In this document: positions 59,110 to 60,302 of the stretch, piece after piece
How positions within the stretch are numbered: position 1 is the stretch's first letter
Layout: the number at the start of each line of letters is the position of its first letter
Assembly: GCA_040772365.1 (NCBI GenBank)
Contig: JAXGYI010000004.1
Location: 1 to 60,302 of the forward strand
Direction of reading: 5' to 3'
From: Candidatus Moraniibacteriota bacterium
GTDB taxonomy: Bacteria > Patescibacteriota > Minisyncoccia > Moranbacterales > GCA-2747515
Length of the DNA: 60,302 nucleotides
The notes under the pieces: model-generated
Told to the model about the DNA's origin: nothing
The model's input: the letters and a program-made list of their open reading frames with translations, nothing else
Databases searched by the model: none
Program-made: the position numbers and the translations under genes

Positions 59110-60302
59110 TTAGTAGTCCTTGAGTTTGTCAATCATTTTATTATCGCGGATTTTTTCCAATGCCTTTGCCTCAATTTGACGAATACGTTCGCGCGTCACA
59201 CCAAATTCCTGTCCCACCTCTTCCAGAGTATGCGTTACACCATCATCCAAACCAAAACGAATCTTGAGAATTTTTTGCTCACGCGGCGACAATTGCGACA
59301 GTACCTCCGCAACATGCTCAGAAAGCAATGTACGCGACGCGCCCTGCTGCGGCGCAATAGACTCCGTATCTTCAATAAAGTCGCCAAGTACGCTGTCATC
59401 ATCACTATCCCCCACTGACGTTTCTAGCGACACCGTTTCTTGTGAAATCTTTTGAATGTGGCGCACCTTGTCAATATCCAACTCCATTTCCGCGGCAATC
59501 TCTTCTGGCAATGGTTCGCGACCAAGCTCCTGAACCAATCGCCGTACAATTTGAATGTACTTATTGATCGTTTCTACCATATGCACAGGAATGCGAATTG
59601 TGCGCGACTGATCGGCAAGTGCACGTGTAATTGCTTGGCGAATCCACCACGTTGCATACGTGGAGAACTTAAATCCTTTCGTATAGTCAAATTTTTCCAC
59701 AGCGCGAAAAAGTCCGATGTTGCCTTCCTGAATGAGATCTAGAAGCGATAGATTTGTAGATCGTCCAACATATTTTTTGGCAATGGATACCACTAAACGT
59801 AAGTTTGACTCTGTTAAACGCTGTCGCGCTGCCTCATCACCGTTAGCAACAGCCTTTGCCACGGCAACTTCTTCCTCTGTTGTGAGAAGTGGCACGCGCC
59901 CAATTTCTTTTAAATACATCTGCACTAAATCCGCCGTATTACCCTCATTTGCCGCTGCCTCTTCCACCAAAAGCACATCCTTTTGTTGCTGAATGCGCTT
60001 GCTCTGTGCACGGCCCCGCGCAATATCCCCCTCCTCCGTATCCACTTGCAAAATATCATCCGAATGCACAATGGCGATGCCGTAGCCCTCCAATGCATCA
60101 TAAAACGCCTCCAATTCCGCTACATCGTTTTCAATGTCTGGCACAGCATGCATGATCTCATCTTCCGTCACAAAACCACGCTGCTTACCGCGTTTCATGA
60201 GCATCTCCAACTCCTCCGTCACATCGTATACGTGATCAATTTTTTTCGTCTTTTTTGCTGCTGTCTTCTTCTTTTGTAGAGATTTTTTTGCAGTGGATTT
60301 CT
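59110..60302 (-). CDS. rpoD: Primary sigma factor RpoD, 5'-truncated by the window edge
   Basis: [60 protein letters not shown]. The frame stays open upstream of 60222 to the edge ([20 protein letters not shown]). Confidence 0.97.
   Translation of the reverse strand, partial: KSTAKKSLQKKKTAAKKTKKIDHVYDVTEELEMLMKRGKQRGFVTEDEIMHAVPDIENDVAELEAFYDALEGYGIAIVHSDDILQVDTEEGDIARGRAQSKRIQQQKDVLLVEEAAANEGNTADLVQMYLKEIGRVPLLTTEEEVAVAKAVANGDEAARQRLTESNLRLVVSIAKKYVGRSTNLSLLDLIQEGNIGLFRAVEKFDYTKGFKFSTYATWWIRQAITRALADQSRTIRIPVHMVETINKYIQIVRRLVQELGREPLPEEIAAEMELDIDKVRHIQKISQETVSLETSVGDSDDDSVLGDFIEDTESIAPQQGASRTLLSEHVAEVLSQLSPREQKILKIRFGLDDGVTHTLEEVGQEFGVTRERIRQIEAKALEKIRDNKMIDKLKDY

Overview
A 60.3-kb bacterial chromosome segment in the standard genetic code, with most genes on the minus strand. 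Gene content and style suggest a CPR/Patescibacteria (Parcubacteria-like) genome; this is inference, not a database assignment. The housekeeping backbone includes tRNA-His/Leu/Asn, tkt, rpe, rlmH, gyrB, rsmI, ruvA, rpsT, holA, polA, xseAB, nth, nrdAB, tatD, metG, rpsF-ssb-rpsR-efp and rpoD. A complete type V-A CRISPR-Cas locus is present: cas12a-cas4-cas1-cas2, a leader, and an array of 84 repeats and 83 spacers by hand count. The best candidates for an undescribed system are (1) a 766-aa protein ending in a class-I (OAS/CD-NTase/archaeal-CCA-like) nucleotidyltransferase domain, encoded in tandem with an ATP-cone/restriction-endonuclease fusion and a LOG protein, and (2) a secreted LCAT-like lipase followed by a ~500-bp tandem duplication of variable membrane genes, inserted between metG and tatD, which resembles an effector/immunity cassette. 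The CRISPR locus also has oddities: a duplicated trailer spacer triplet, an adjacent spacer pair that are 20/26-nt reverse complements, a consensus promoter wrapped in an inverted repeat before cas4, a 16-bp leader inverted repeat, and an AT-rich patch in the Cas12a PAM-interacting region. All family calls come from motif recognition by eye; no searches were run.
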